A stretch of DNA of 64,000 nt, taken from assembly GCA_963821525.1 (NCBI GenBank), contig CAWGED010000004.1:256001-320000 (forward strand). The letters run 5' to 3'. Below the pieces are notes generated by a model. The model worked only from the letters and a program-made list of their open reading frames with translations, made no database searches and had not been told where the DNA came from. Shown here piece after piece: positions 19,867 through 31,619 of the stretch. Both the position numbers and the translations under genes were made by a program. How positions within the stretch are numbered: the first letter of the stretch is position 1; each line of letters begins with the position of its first letter. This stretch comes from an uncultured Gemmatimonadales bacterium (GTDB lineage Bacteria; Gemmatimonadota; Gemmatimonadetes; Gemmatimonadales; GWC2-71-9).

Positions 19867-22148
19867 TTACGGTGTTCGGGCCTTCTCCAGCACGGTTGCG
19901 GCACTGTCGATCAGGCTCGCCGCCTTATCCAGGACGTCGGCGGTGCGGGTAACCTGCGTATCGAGCGCATCCCAGCTGCCCTGTTCGATCGCCTCACGCA
20001 CCGCGGGCAGTGTCTTCACGGAATAGCCGGTGTAGGAGTCCTGGTGCATGGACGTAGTGGCGGTACCAGGGCCGTCCCGGCAAGCCATCCTCCTGCAGCA
20101 GTGCACGCTCCAGCTGTGCCATTACGACGCTCACCGAGCGCGCGGCCGGTTTTTCCAGTCTCGAGCCATCTCCGGCGGCAAGACTGTCGTATGCGACTTC
20201 GTAGCGAAGGGCACTCTCCCGCAGCCGCGCTCCGGCGTTCTCCAGGGGCGCGAAATTCAGGAATGGCGGTTCCGGCGCGCGAGCCGGAGGCACCAGGGGC
20301 TGACGGGGATCCGAGATTGCGGCGTATACCCCTTCACTGATCTGGCGGTTGCGCTCGAGGATCGAATCGCGGCGGGTTGCCGCGAGAGCTTTCACCTGTC
20401 CGATGTATCCCGCGATCGTCTCGGCGAAAGTCGAAGCGCGGAAAGGCAGGACGTCCGCTCCAGCCAATCGCATGACCAGGGTTCCCGCCACCTGGGACAG
20501 GGCTCGGTTGTAGGTAAAGCCGGTGTCGGCGAACCGGGTGTACCAGGCAAAGCTGTCATAGATGGAGTGATAGACCCCATCCGAGCCCGGATCCTCTCCG
20601 CCGAAGCCGAGGTTGAGCGAGGCGATTCCCAGATGCTGGAGGAAGGGCGTGAAGTCGGAGCCGGATCCCAGTGCACCGATCCGCAGATCGGGCCGATCCC
20701 GGGCTTCGCGCCGGGTCGAGTCGGTGCCGGTCGCGATCTGCTCTAACTGAGCGCGCTTCCATACCGAGAGTCCGGTCTCCGGATCGGTCACGTCGCGGGC
20801 AGCGTCGTTGACCGCCTGTTCCAGCGTGTGAGACCCGGCTGCGCCGAAGAATCCGCGGTCGTTGCCGTCGGTATTGATGTAGACCGCGGCGTGTTTCCGT
20901 AATTCCTCCCCATGCTGCTCCGCCCACTCGGTCGAGCCCAGGAGTCCCTGCTCCTCGCCGTCCCATGCCGCAAACACGATCGTGCGACGTGGCTTCCACC
21001 CTTGGCGCGCGAGAGCCCCCATGGCGCGCGCCTCTTCCAGCACGGCGACGAGACCGGAGATCGGATCCTCCGCCCCGTTGACCCAGGCATCGTGATGGTT
21101 ACCCCGCACGATCCATTCGTCGGCCGCGTCACCGCCGGGAATGCGGCCGATCACGTCGTAGAGCGGTACCAGCTTCCAGTCGAACTTGAGCTTGAGATGG
21201 ACCTTTGCCGTGCCGTCACTGCCCAGGTGGTAGGCGAGCGGCAATCCGCCACGCCACTCCTGCGGCGCCATTGGTCCGCCAAGGGCTGCGAGAAGCGGCT
21301 GTGCGTCTCCCTGCGAAATCGGCAGCACCGGGATCTTGGTGATGCCCCAGGCCGAATCCATCGGCAGGCGATGCACGCCGGGCTTGGCGCCAACGAAGGG
21401 AGTCAGCGGATCGCCTGCCGCGATCGGCTGATCCTTTACGCTGCCGCGCTGCACGCCCTCCTTTGGCCTATAGGCGCCTTTGGGATAGGTGTCACCGGCG
21501 CCGTAGCCATCGTCCTGCGGATCGGAATAGATGAGGCAGCCGACCGCGCCATGCTCCGCGGCCAGCTTGGGCTTGAGTCCCCGCCAGCCGGCTCCATAGC
21601 GAGCGAGCACGATGGCGCCCTGCACCGAAACGCCCATCCGCTCCAGGCGCTCGTAGTCGGCCGGCATCCCGTAGTTCACGTAGACCAGCGGCGCCGTCAC
21701 GTCGCCGTCCCGGGAGTAGGCGTTGTAGGTCGGCAGCTGCTCGGCCGACTGGGACGAAGTCGGATCGTTCTTCAGTGCCGGTTCCTTGAGCGTCGCGACG
21801 AAACTTGGTCGGCGCCACCAGCTCGACCAGGCGTTCGCGAGGGGTAGGGAACAGCACCTGGAAGGTGTCGATCGACGCGTCGAGTCCCCAGCTCTTGAAC
21901 TTCCCGTACAACCACTCGGCGTTGTCCCGGTCGTAGGGCGATCCCAGGTGATGGGGCCGCGCGGTCAGTCGCCGCATCGACTCCCGGGCCGAATCGGGCG
22001 TGATCATGTCCCGGAACTTCGCCTCCCATTCCCGTTGCTCCCGGGACCGGGCTGCGGAGAATCCCCGCAGCGGGGTCGGGTCATCGGTTCGAGCAGCGAG
22101 AGTTGTGAGGAGGAGCGGGAGGAGAAGTGCGAAGCGAATTCGGGTCAT
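19867..22148 (-). CDS. M28 glutamate carboxypeptidase II/transferrin receptor-like peptidase (frameshifts at about 21790 and 20045)
   Basis: PA domain (VYVNYG..DY), GNHHDAWVNGAEDP, WDGEEQGLLGSTEWAE, GSGSDF, YHSIYD, RPWYRH. Confidence 0.93.
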
Positions 22149-22172
22149 TGTCGAGGGAGCAGGGGTGGGAAT

Positions 22173-22277
22173 GCTGTAAGCCGTCAGCCATCAGCCGTCA
22201 GACAAGGCCCTAAGCCGTTAGCCATAGGCGTTAGGTTGTTCGATACTTCGATACTTCAATCTGAAATCTTCAATCTC
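22173..22277. repeat. Two heptamer arrays: GCCGTCA family and CAATCTT/CAATCTG family
   Basis: GCTGTAA GCCGTCA GCCATCA GCCGTCA (22173-22201), GCCGTTA-like units (22211-22236), and the reverse complement of the AAGATTG array (22245-22277). Confidence 0.8.
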
Positions 22278-22291
22278 AGCCGTCTCCGTCT

Positions 22292-24413
22292 TCACGGAAC
22301 GGCGGAGGTCGTCGGCCCCGCCAACCCGACCGCGTCCAGCATGAATGCGTAACGGAAGGCGGCTTCGTGGAGGCGCTCGTAGCGTCCCGAGGAACCACCG
22401 TGACCGCCCGCCATATTGGTCTTCAGGTAGAGTGGATTCTGGTCGGTCTTGAGCGAGCGGAGCCGTGCCACCCACTTGGCCGGCTCCCAGTACATGACCT
22501 GCGAATCGTTGAGCGACGTGGTGACCAGCATCCACGGATAGTCTTTCGCCGCCACGTTGTCGTAGGGCGAATAGGTCCGCATGTAGGCATACTGCTCCGG
22601 CACGGCCGGGTTCCCCCACTGCTCCCACTCCTGGGCGGTCAACGGGAGCGACGCATCGCTCATCGTATTGATCACATCGACGAACGGCACGTCCGCGACG
22701 ATGGCCCGGAACAGGTCGGGGCGCATGTTGGCCACCGCACCCATGAGCAACCCGCCGGCGCTGCCTCCGTTGGCCACGAGCCGCTCGGAAGTGGTGTATT
22801 TGCGGCGAATCAGCTCCTCGGCGACGTCGATGAAATCGTTGAACGTGTTCTTCTTGTTGAGCATCTTGCCGTCGTCGTACCAGCGGCGACCCATCTCCTG
22901 CCCGCCGCGAATGTGCGCGATGGCGTAGATGAACCCGCGATCCACCATGCTCAAGACGCTGGAGTTGAACGTGGGCTCCAGGGTGAAGCCGTAGGATCCG
23001 TAGGCGTAGAGCAGGAGCGGGTGAGAACCGTCGAGCTTGGTGCCCTTGCGGAGCAGCACCGATACCGGGACCGAGACCCCATCCCGTGCCGGCGCCATGA
23101 ACCGCTGGACCTCGTAGCTGTTCGCGTCGTAGCCGCTGGGAATCTCCTGCCGCTTCTTCAGTTCCCGCTTCCGGGTCGACCAGATCGTAGTCGTAGACCG
23201 AGTTGGGCGTCACCAGCGAGGAGTAGTTGAACCGGTAGGTCTGGGTGTTGAACTCGGGATTACCGCCGGGAAATACGCCGTAGGCCTTCTCCGGGAAGGT
23301 GACGTAGTGGGTCTTGTTGTTCTTGAGGTCGGCCACGCGGAGCCGGCGAAGCCCACCCGACCGCTCGCTAACCACCACGAAGTTCTTGAACGCGTCCACT
23401 CCCTCGACGAACACCGAGTCGCGGTGGGGAAGCCAATCGACCCAGTTGGCCGGCCCGGGATTGTCCTCCGGTGCCTTCACGATCCGGAAGTTGGTGGCCG
23501 AATCGTTGGTGAGGATCAGGAAGAATCCGTCGGCGTGGTCTACGCTGTATTCGACGTTGGGCCGGCGGGCCGCGACCACCCGGGGCTCACTGGTGGGACT
23601 GGCAGTGGGAATGATTCGCCACTCGGACGAGGTAAAGCCGTCGGCCGTGATGAAGACGTACTTCCCGCTCCGCGACCGCTGCACGCCGACATTGTTGAGG
23701 ACGTTGTCCTCCTGAAACACCTTGACGTCCTGCTCCCGCGGCGTGCCGATCACATGCCGCCAGACGGTGTTCCCGCGCTTGGCGGAATCGGCGGTCATAT
23801 AGAAGAACGTCTTATTGTCGTTCGCCCACGCCGTCCCGTTCCAGACGTTGGGGATCTGGTCGACGATCTTACCGGTCTTGAGATCCTTGACGTAGAGCGT
23901 GTATTCCCGGAAGGCGGTGAGATCTTCGAGGTACAGCAGGGTCTCACCATCGGGGCTGACATCGACGCCGCCCAGCGCGTGGAACTTCTTCCCCTCCGCC
24001 AGGGCGTTCTGGTCGAGGTACACTTCCTCCGGCGCCGATAGCGAGCCGCGCTTGCGGCAGAAGATCGGGTAGTTCTTGCCCTGCTCGGTGCGGCTATAGT
24101 ACCACCAGCCGGTGTCGAACACCGGCACGGAGAGATCGGTTTCCTTGATCCGGCCCAGCATCTCCTGGTAGAGCTTGTCCTGCAGCGCCTCGGTGTGCTT
24201 CATCTTCTGCGTCGTGTACGCATTCTCGGCTTCGAGGTAGGCCGTTACTTCGGGATTGGTCTTTTCCCGGAGCCAGAAGTAGTCGTCTACCCGCACCTCC
24301 CCGTGCAGGGTATCGACCTTGGGAATCTGCCGAGCCACCGGCGGATCCTGAGGTGAAGCGGCTTCAATTGGGATAGCGAGAGCGCACATGACGGCGACCA
24401 GGCGAAGCGACAT
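22292..24413 (-). CDS. ptrB: Oligopeptidase B (S9A), signal peptide present (frameshift at about 23175)
   Basis: DDYFWLR, YLEAENAY, YAYGSYG, HIRGGQEMGRRWY, GGSAGGLL, VPFVDV, NDSQV.YWEPAKW, GHGG.SGR. Confidence 0.93.
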
Positions 24414-24614
24414 TGGAGATCCCGGATTCGGGAAGGGGAGGGAGCATAGGGCCGCCAAGGACCGTCGGCAAGACGAAGGGAAACCGCGAGAGGTGGCCGA
24501 TTTCGCCGCGGAGAGGTAAGTCACTGGCATGTTTCAGGTTGGGTCACTGACCCGGTTTGGATCTTTCACTAGGGGCCGCCGTACGGAGGCTCCCCACCCG
24601 GCCGAGAGAACGCA

Positions 24615-25967
24615 ATGGTTCATCTCCTCGCACTGGTCGTTCCGATCTGCGGGATTCTGGGGCTCGATCCCTGCCCCACAACGCCTCCGCCGCCTTACGC
24701 GATTACCGGCGTCAGTGTGCTGCCTATGGATCGGGAGCGGGTACTCGAAGGCTATACGGTAATTGTCCGAAACGGTGCCATCGAGACGCTCGGTCCCGCC
24801 GACAAGGTGTCAGTACCCCAGGATGCGGTCCGAATCGACGGGCGGGGGAAGTATCTCATCCCCGGTCTCACCGAGATGCATACCCACCTCAGTCCGGGTG
24901 CGGGAGATCCGGGAGACGGTCTGGGACGGCAGCTGCGCCTGGCGCTCGCCAACGGGGTCACCACGATGCGCGGCCTCGTCGCTCCGCCCGGGATCATCCC
25001 GATCCGAGACAAAGTGAATTCGGGCGCGATCCTCGGCCCGACGCTCTACGTCGCGGGACCCTCCCTCAACGGGAAGTCAGTCCCCGACCCTGAGACCGGA
25101 CGGCGGATGGTCGAAGACGCCAAGCGCCAGGGATACGACCTGCTCAAGACTCACGGGGGACTGACGGCGGAAAGCTACGACGCAATCGTCGCCGCGGCGA
25201 AGGCAACGGGTCTTCGGTTGGTGGGACACGTGACCCAGGGTTACGGGCTGGATCGCGCGTTGGCAGCCGGACAGCAAGTCGAACACCTGGACGGGTACAT
25301 CGCCGCGGCCCTCCCGGCAGGCGTGGCCGCGCCCGACGACCAGATCATCCCGGACGAGATCGCGGCAAAAGTCACTCCCGAGGGGATTCGAGCGATCGCC
25401 GAGAAGACCAAGAGGGCCGGGGTTTGGAACGGGATGACCCTCGCGATCTTCCAGGTCTTCGCCAGCGGCAAATCACCCGCGGAACTCGCCGCGGCACCCG
25501 AGATGAAGTACGTCCCTGCGCAGACGATTTCGAGCTGGAGCGATCAGATGAAAACCGATGCCCCCGGGTCGCTGCCGGTTTACCTCGCGGTGCGGGATTC
25601 GATCGCGGTCGCCTTGTACCGCGCCGGGGCTCGACTGCTGGTGAGCGGAGATGCTCCCCAGATTTTCCTGGTCGCCGGTTTCGGCACCCACCGCGAGATG
25701 CAGGCGATGGCCCACGCCGGAATACCCACCTACGCCGTCCTCGAAGCGGCTACCCGTAACGCCGCCGAGTGGCTGGGCCGCACCGACGCCGGCACCATCG
25801 CGCCGGGAAAACGGGCCGATCTCGTGTTGCTCGACGCCAATCCCCTGAGTGACATCGCCAACGCGTCTCGCATTCAGGGCGTGATGTTGCGTGGTGTCTG
25901 GTTCGACCGGGCGGCGCTGGACGGGATGCTGGAGGACGTGGAGAAGAGTGCTAAGGGAAGCAATTGA
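24615..25967 (+). CDS. Amidohydrolase family protein, secreted
   Basis: IDGRGKYLIPGLTEMHTH, GVTTMR, GTIAPGKRADLVLLDANPL. Confidence 0.9.
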   Translation: MVHLLALVVPICGILGLDPCPTTPPPPYAITGVSVLPMDRERVLEGYTVIVRNGAIETLGPADKVSVPQDAVRIDGRGKYLIPGLTEMHTHLSPGAGDPGDGLGRQLRLALANGVTTMRGLVAPPGIIPIRDKVNSGAILGPTLYVAGPSLNGKSVPDPETGRRMVEDAKRQGYDLLKTHGGLTAESYDAIVAAAKATGLRLVGHVTQGYGLDRALAAGQQVEHLDGYIAAALPAGVAAPDDQIIPDEIAAKVTPEGIRAIAEKTKRAGVWNGMTLAIFQVFASGKSPAELAAAPEMKYVPAQTISSWSDQMKTDAPGSLPVYLAVRDSIAVALYRAGARLLVSGDAPQIFLVAGFGTHREMQAMAHAGIPTYAVLEAATRNAAEWLGRTDAGTIAPGKRADLVLLDANPLSDIANASRIQGVMLRGVWFDRAALDGMLEDVEKSAKGSN

Positions 25968-26040
25968 AGATTGCAGATTTCAGATTGAAGATCGAGAATA
26001 GACCGATCCGTGGCTGATCACCATCTTCAATCTAACTCAA
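25960..26040. repeat. AAGATTG/CAGATTG heptamer array with a partial inverted arm
   Basis: GCAATTG AAGATTG CAGATTT CAGATTG AAGATCG overlaps the amidohydrolase TGA; ATCTTCAATCT at 26023. Confidence 0.8.
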
Positions 26041-26046
26041 TAACGA

Positions 26047-27580
26047 TTATCCGTCCCCTCCGTCCCCCCGCAGCTTGCCCCGGTCCACCTTGCCCAGGTG
26101 GGTCAGTGGAAGGCCATCCACGAAGCGGATGACCCGGGGATGCTTGTACGGTTCGAGACGATCTCGTACGAAGGCCTTCAGCTCTTCCGCCAGATCGGGC
26201 CGCTGCTCGCGGGGCACTACGAACGCATGTGGCTTCAACAGGCCGCTCGAGTCGACGACTCCGACCACCGCCACCTGCAGGACAGCGGGATGTTGCGAGA
26301 GGCAATTCTCGACTTCCTGCGGAGCCAGCCACTTGCCCGAGACCTTCAGCATGTCGTCCGACCGACCGCAGTAGCTGAAGAATCCATCCGGGGAGCGGCT
26401 CACCATGTCGCCCGAAACGAACCACTCGCCCCGAAATCCCTGCTGGGTCTTCTCCATCTGTTGCCAGTATCCGATGGCGCGCGAGCCGCCGCGGACCCAC
26501 AGGTATCCCACCTCGCCGTCGGCGAGTTCTCTGCCTCCCTCGTCACATACCTTCACCTCAAAGCCCGGTACGACCTCACCCAGCGTCCCGGGACGAATCC
26601 GGCCCAGCCGGTTGGATAGAAAAATGTGCCACATCTCCGCGGTGCCGAGGCCATCGAGCAGGGGAACGCCGAAGGCCTTATCCCATCGGCCATGAAGCTC
26701 CGCCGGCAGTCCTTCGCCTGCCGAGGTGGCCAGTCGGAGCGAGGAGAGGTCGGAGCGAGCCGCCTCCGGCGTCGTTCACCATATGGTTGATCATGGTGGG
26801 GACGTTGATCAGAATCGTGGGCCGGTGGCGGGCGATTTTCTCGAACATGACCTGAGCGGTACAGCGCTCCGGGAAAAGCACCGCGGCGGCGCCTACCGAG
26901 AACGGAAACAGAAGATTGGACCCGGTCGCGTAACCGAAGAACAGTTTGGGTACGGAGAGCGTGACGTCGGTCTCGGTGTAACCGATGACCTGCCGGGCGT
27001 AGCACTCGGTGGTATTGGCGAACGAGGTGTGGGTCTGAACCACGGCCTTGGGATGGCCGGTGGTGCCACCGGAGAAAAGCCAAATCGCGGCGTCGTCCCG
27101 GTGCGAGGGGAAATTCGCCAGCGCCGCCGGGGCATCGGCAAGACGCGCCTGCCAACCCGCATCCTCAACTACCAGCAGCTGCTTGAGGTGCATCGAACGA
27201 CCCGCGGCCGCCTCGAAGGCCTTCGATACATCGCGGTGGATCACCGCCACCGTGGCGCGGGAGTAGTTGAGAAAGTATTCGATCGCGTCGGGCTTGAGTT
27301 CCGGGTTGACCATGACCACGACCGCGCCAATCTTCAGGGTGCCAAACAGCGCCCCGACGAACGCAGGGCTGTCCGGCAGCGCGATCAGCACCCGTTGCTC
27401 GGGCTCTGCCCCTGCCTGGCGCAAGAGGTGGCCGAAGCGGTTCGCCAGAACCTCCACCTGGCCATAGCTCAGCCGTCCCTCATCGGTGATTAGTGCGGTC
27501 CGTTCGCCGCGGCCCTCGCGGACTCGCGCATCGAGAAAGTAGTCCGCGATGTTGAACTGCTCGGGCGGATGGAAGGACAT
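26047..27580 (-). CDS. Benzoate/2-aminobenzoate-CoA ligase (frameshift at about 26760)
   Basis: FNIADYFL, WLFSGGTTGHPK, PKLFFGY, GTAEMWHIFLSN, GRSDDMLKVSGKW, GKVDR. Confidence 0.9.
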
Positions 27581-27625
27581 GATCATCCCGGGTTGGTTCT
27601 GGCGCTCTCCAAGGACACAATAACC

Positions 27626-28391
27626 GTGCGCGAACTCGCCGCAATGACGTGGGAGGAAGTGCGCGACCTCGACGGCCAGGCTTTGGTCGCCATTCTTCCC
27701 GCCGGCGCGGTCGAGGCCCACGGCCCCCATCTGCCGCTCGATACCGACGTTGTCATCGCCAGTGCAATGGCTCGTGCAGGGGCGCGGCGGCTTGCGGCGC
27801 GCCAATATCCGGTTGTGATCCTTCCGCCGCTGGTCTACACCGCGGCCGAGTTCGCGGCCGGGTTCCCCGGGACATTGTCACTCCGGCCCGAGACGGTCAC
27901 TGCCACGGTGGTCGACATTGCCCGCAGCCTGACGAGGCACAAGGTTGCCGTGCTCGCGCTCGCGAATGCGCACCTCGATCCGGCGCACCTGCGTTCACTC
28001 GAGGCCGCCGCAGTGGAAATCCGTCGCGAGGGTCGGCTCCGGGTCGCCTTTCCCAATCTCGCTTCCCGCCCCTGGTCGCTTCGGCTCTCCGACGAGTTCC
28101 GAGAGCGGAGCCTGCCACGCGGGCCAGTTCGAGACCTCGATCGTGCTGGCCGAGCGACCGGACGCGGTACGGGAACGGCTGCGCACGAGCCTGACGCCTA
28201 ATCCCTCATCGCTCTCAGTCGCGATCCGCGAAGGGAAGCAGACCTTCGAAGATGCGGGCGGCCCTCAGGCGTACTTCGGCGCGCCGGCGGCCGCTACGCC
28301 GGAGGAAGGCGTGGCGACGGTCGAAACGCTGGGCGCCATCCTCGAGGAAGCCGTGCTCGCGGAGCTGGGCCGACCGATGGACTCCGCGTGA
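27626..28391 (+). CDS. Creatininase-family amidohydrolase (frameshift at about 28100)
   Basis: MTWEEV, PAGAVEAHGPHLPLDTD, FPGTLSL, NAH, HAGQFETS, YFGAPAAATPEEG. Confidence 0.9.
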
Positions 28392-29164
28392 TTTCTCTGG
28401 CGGGAAAAACGGCCGTGGTGACCGGTGCCGGCAGGGGCATCGGCGCTGCGTGCGCGCGTGCACTGGCCGGAGCCGGCGCCCGGGTGGTACTGGGGGCGCG
28501 GACCCGCGAGTCGGTGGAACGGGTGGCCGCCGATCTTCGGACACTCGGCCATGAAGCAGCGGCGACGGTCTGCGACGTGACCGATCCCGCGAGCGTCGAC
28601 GCTCTCGCCCGGTTCTCGGCCGAACGCTTCGGGGAAGTGACTCTCCTCGTCAACAACGCCGGCATCGGTCACGCGGCCCCACTCGAGCGCCTCACGCTCG
28701 ACGATTGGAATCGGGTCATGGCGGTGAACGCGACCGGCACGTTCCTTTGCACCAAGGCCTTTCTGCCTGCCATGGTCAAGCGGGGGTGGGGGCGGGTGGT
28801 GAATGTGGCGTCGGTTGCCGGCCTCAGCGGAGGCAGGTACATCGCCGCCTATGCGGCCTCCAAACACGCGGTGGTTGGATTTACCCGTTGCGCGGCGATG
28901 GAAGTCGCGGCCGCCGGCGTAACAGTGAACGCAGTCTGCCCTGGCTACGTCGACACCGAGATGACCCGAGAGTCGCTCGAACGCATTGCGATGAAGACCG
29001 GCCGGAGCCGGGAGCAGGCCCTGGAGGCCGTCCTTACGGGAACACCGCAGGGCCGGCTGATTACTCCGGACGAGGTCGCCTTCGAGGTGCTCAGGCTCTG
29101 TGCCGAGGACGCGCGTGAGATCAACGGCCAGACGATCGTGCTGGATGGCGCTGGCCTGACCTGA
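28388..29164 (+). CDS. Short-chain dehydrogenase (3-hydroxyacyl-CoA dehydrogenase-like)
   Basis: TGAGRGIG, NNAG, YAASK, NAVCPGYVDT. Confidence 0.93.
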   Translation: MISLAGKTAVVTGAGRGIGAACARALAGAGARVVLGARTRESVERVAADLRTLGHEAAATVCDVTDPASVDALARFSAERFGEVTLLVNNAGIGHAAPLERLTLDDWNRVMAVNATGTFLCTKAFLPAMVKRGWGRVVNVASVAGLSGGRYIAAYAASKHAVVGFTRCAAMEVAAAGVTVNAVCPGYVDTEMTRESLERIAMKTGRSREQALEAVLTGTPQGRLITPDEVAFEVLRLCAEDAREINGQTIVLDGAGLT

Positions 29165-29181
29165 ACCCGAGTCCCCAATCC

Positions 29182-29592
29182 ATGTCCCGTTACCAGATCA
29201 TCAACCCCGACTCCCTCGGAGTCCCTCGCGGGTGGAACAACGGCCTCCTGGCGGCCACTGGCGGGCGGCTACTCTTCATCGCCGGTCAGACTGCGCGCGA
29301 TGACTCCGGACGGGTAGCGGAGACGGGCTTCGTCGAGCAATTCGATCGGGCCCTGGGGAACGCGCTCGAGGTACTGCGCGCCGCCGGCGGCAGTCCGGAT
29401 GACGTGGGCCGGTTCACGATCTATGTGACCAGTCTCGACGAGTATCGCGGCAGCCTCAAGCCCCTGGGCGAGGTATACCGCCGCCGCATGGGTCGCCATT
29501 ACCCGGCGATGGCGGTGGTTGAGGTCCGGGGTCTGGTAGACCCCGAGGCCAAGGTAGAGATCGAGACGACGGCTGTGCTCGGTCGAGAGTAA
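29182..29592 (+). CDS. RidA/YjgF family enamine deaminase
   Basis: PRGWNNG, LFIAGQ, GRHYPAM, KVEIE. Confidence 0.92.
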   Translation: MSRYQIINPDSLGVPRGWNNGLLAATGGRLLFIAGQTARDDSGRVAETGFVEQFDRALGNALEVLRAAGGSPDDVGRFTIYVTSLDEYRGSLKPLGEVYRRRMGRHYPAMAVVEVRGLVDPEAKVEIETTAVLGRE

Positions 29593-29631
29593 CCTCGCCG
29601 ATCAATTCAACGACTGGAGCCTTCGGCAACC

Positions 29632-30433
29632 ATGCCCTTCGCCGCCCGTTCCTTTCAGTACCGGCTCGACAGCAAGACCGGCGTGGCCACTGCTCACGCT
29701 GAACCGGCCTGAGCGACTCAATGCCCTCACCTTCGAGGTGTACGCCGAGCTGCGTGACGGGTTCCGGGCGCTCGATACCGAGGCGGGCGTCCGCGCGATC
29801 GTGATCACCGGCAACGGGCGCGCGTTTTGTTCCGGGGGAGACGTCGAAGACATCATCGGGGCGCTGTTCGCCCGGGACCAGGAGGGATTGCTCGAGTTCA
29901 CCCGACTCACCTGCGACCTCATTCTGGCAATCCGCCGATGCCGGCGCCCCGTCGTAGCCGCCTTGAACGGCACCGTGGCCGGCGCGGGCGCCGTGATCGC
30001 CGCGGCGTGTGACGTACGCATCGCGGCCGAGACCGCCAAGATCGCCTTTCTTTTCAGCAAGGTCGGTCTCTCCGGCGCCGACATGGGATCCGCCTGGCTG
30101 CTGCCCCGGATCGTAGGATTGGGCCTCGCGACCGAGCTGCTCATGACGGGAGACTTCATCACCGCGGAGCGCGCCCTCGCTATCGGCCTCTACAACCGGG
30201 TAGTACCGGTCGATCGGGTGCTTGCCGAGGCGACCGAGTTCGCCACCCGTCTCGCCAATGGGCCTTCCTTTGCCCTCGGCATTACCAAGGACGCCCTCGA
30301 TCGAGAGGCGACGATGGATCTGGCCTCAGCACTCGAGGCGGAGGCCCAGGCGCAGGCGGCCTGCATGCTGGATCCGAACTTCAAGGAGGCCTACGAGGCG
30401 TTCCGCGCCAAGCGGGAGCCGAAGTTTCAGTAG
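29632..30433 (+). CDS. Enoyl-CoA hydratase family protein (frameshift at about 29691)
   Basis: TLNRPERLNALT, AFCSGGDV, VGLSGADMG. Confidence 0.93.
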
Positions 30434-30437
30434 GGCC

Positions 30438-31608
30438 ATGATGCCCGATACCGATGCGGTTCGCGCCTTCCTGAGCCAGGGCCACCTCGACGATGGCGGT
30501 GGAGGCGGCGACCTTCGCCGGGAACGACATCGCCCCCCGGCCGGAGCCGCGCGACGATCGCTCCGCGCGAGTCGAAGCCCGAGAACTGCTCGGCATGCTC
30601 GGCCGCGGCGGGTGGCTCCGCCCGATTCTCGCGCAGGATCTCCGGGGGTGCTGTCTGGTGCGCGAAGCGCTGGCGGCGGCCTCTCCGCTGGCAGACGCTG
30701 TCTTTGCCCTCCAGGCTCTCGGCTCCACCCCTCTCATCATCGCAGGCGGGCCGGCACTTCGAGATCGCTGGGTTCCGGGCGCGGTCGAGGGTCGGTTGAT
30801 GTCCGCCTTCGCGATGACCGAGCCGGAGGCCGGGTCGGACGTGGCCTCGATGGCCACCACGGCGAGGCGGGAGGGCGATCACTACGTACTCAATGGGACC
30901 AAGACATTCATCTCCAACGCTGGCATCGCCGACTGGTACACGGTCTTTGCCGTGACTGACCCGAACCGCGGGCACCGGGGAATCTCCTGCTTCGCGGTGC
31001 CGGCCGAGACCAAGGGCCTCCGCTTCGTTCGCGCGCTCGAACTGAGCGCGCCGCATCCGCTGGGTGAAATTGCCTTCGAAGAGTGCCGGGTTCCCGCGGA
31101 CGCCATGGTCGGCGCCGAGGGAGAGGGCTTCAAGCTCGGTCTCGCCACCCTCGACCGGCTCCGCCCCACTGTGGCAGCGGCGGCCTGCGGGATGGCGGCT
31201 CGCGCGCTCGCGGAGGCGCTGGCCCACGTGCGTCAGCGCCGGCAGTTCGGAAAACCTCTCGCCGAATTTCAGCTGGTTCAGGAGAAACTCGCCACGATGG
31301 CGACCGAACTCACCGCTGCCCGTCTTCTGGTCTATCGGGCGGCTTGGGAAAAAGACGGAGGCCGCGACCGGATCACGGTTGAGGCCGCGATGGCCAAGGC
31401 CTTCGCCACCGAGGCCGCCCAGCGCGTGGTCGATGCGGCCGTTCAGCTACTGGGAGGCCGCGGGGTGCTCGCCGACCATCCGGTCGACCGGCTGTACCGT
31501 TCGGTGAGGGCTCTCCGTATCTATGAAGGGACCACCGAAGTTCAGCAGCTGATCATCGCGGGGGAGCTGCTCAAGGCCGCAGCACCGAAGACCTCTGATG
31601 CCCACTGA
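30438..31608 (+). CDS. Acyl-CoA dehydrogenase (frameshift at about 30490)
   Basis: AFAMTEPEAGSDV, GTKTFISNAG, RRQFG, QLLGGRG, RIYEGTTEVQ. Confidence 0.95.
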
Positions 31609-31619
31609 TCGGCTCGCGC

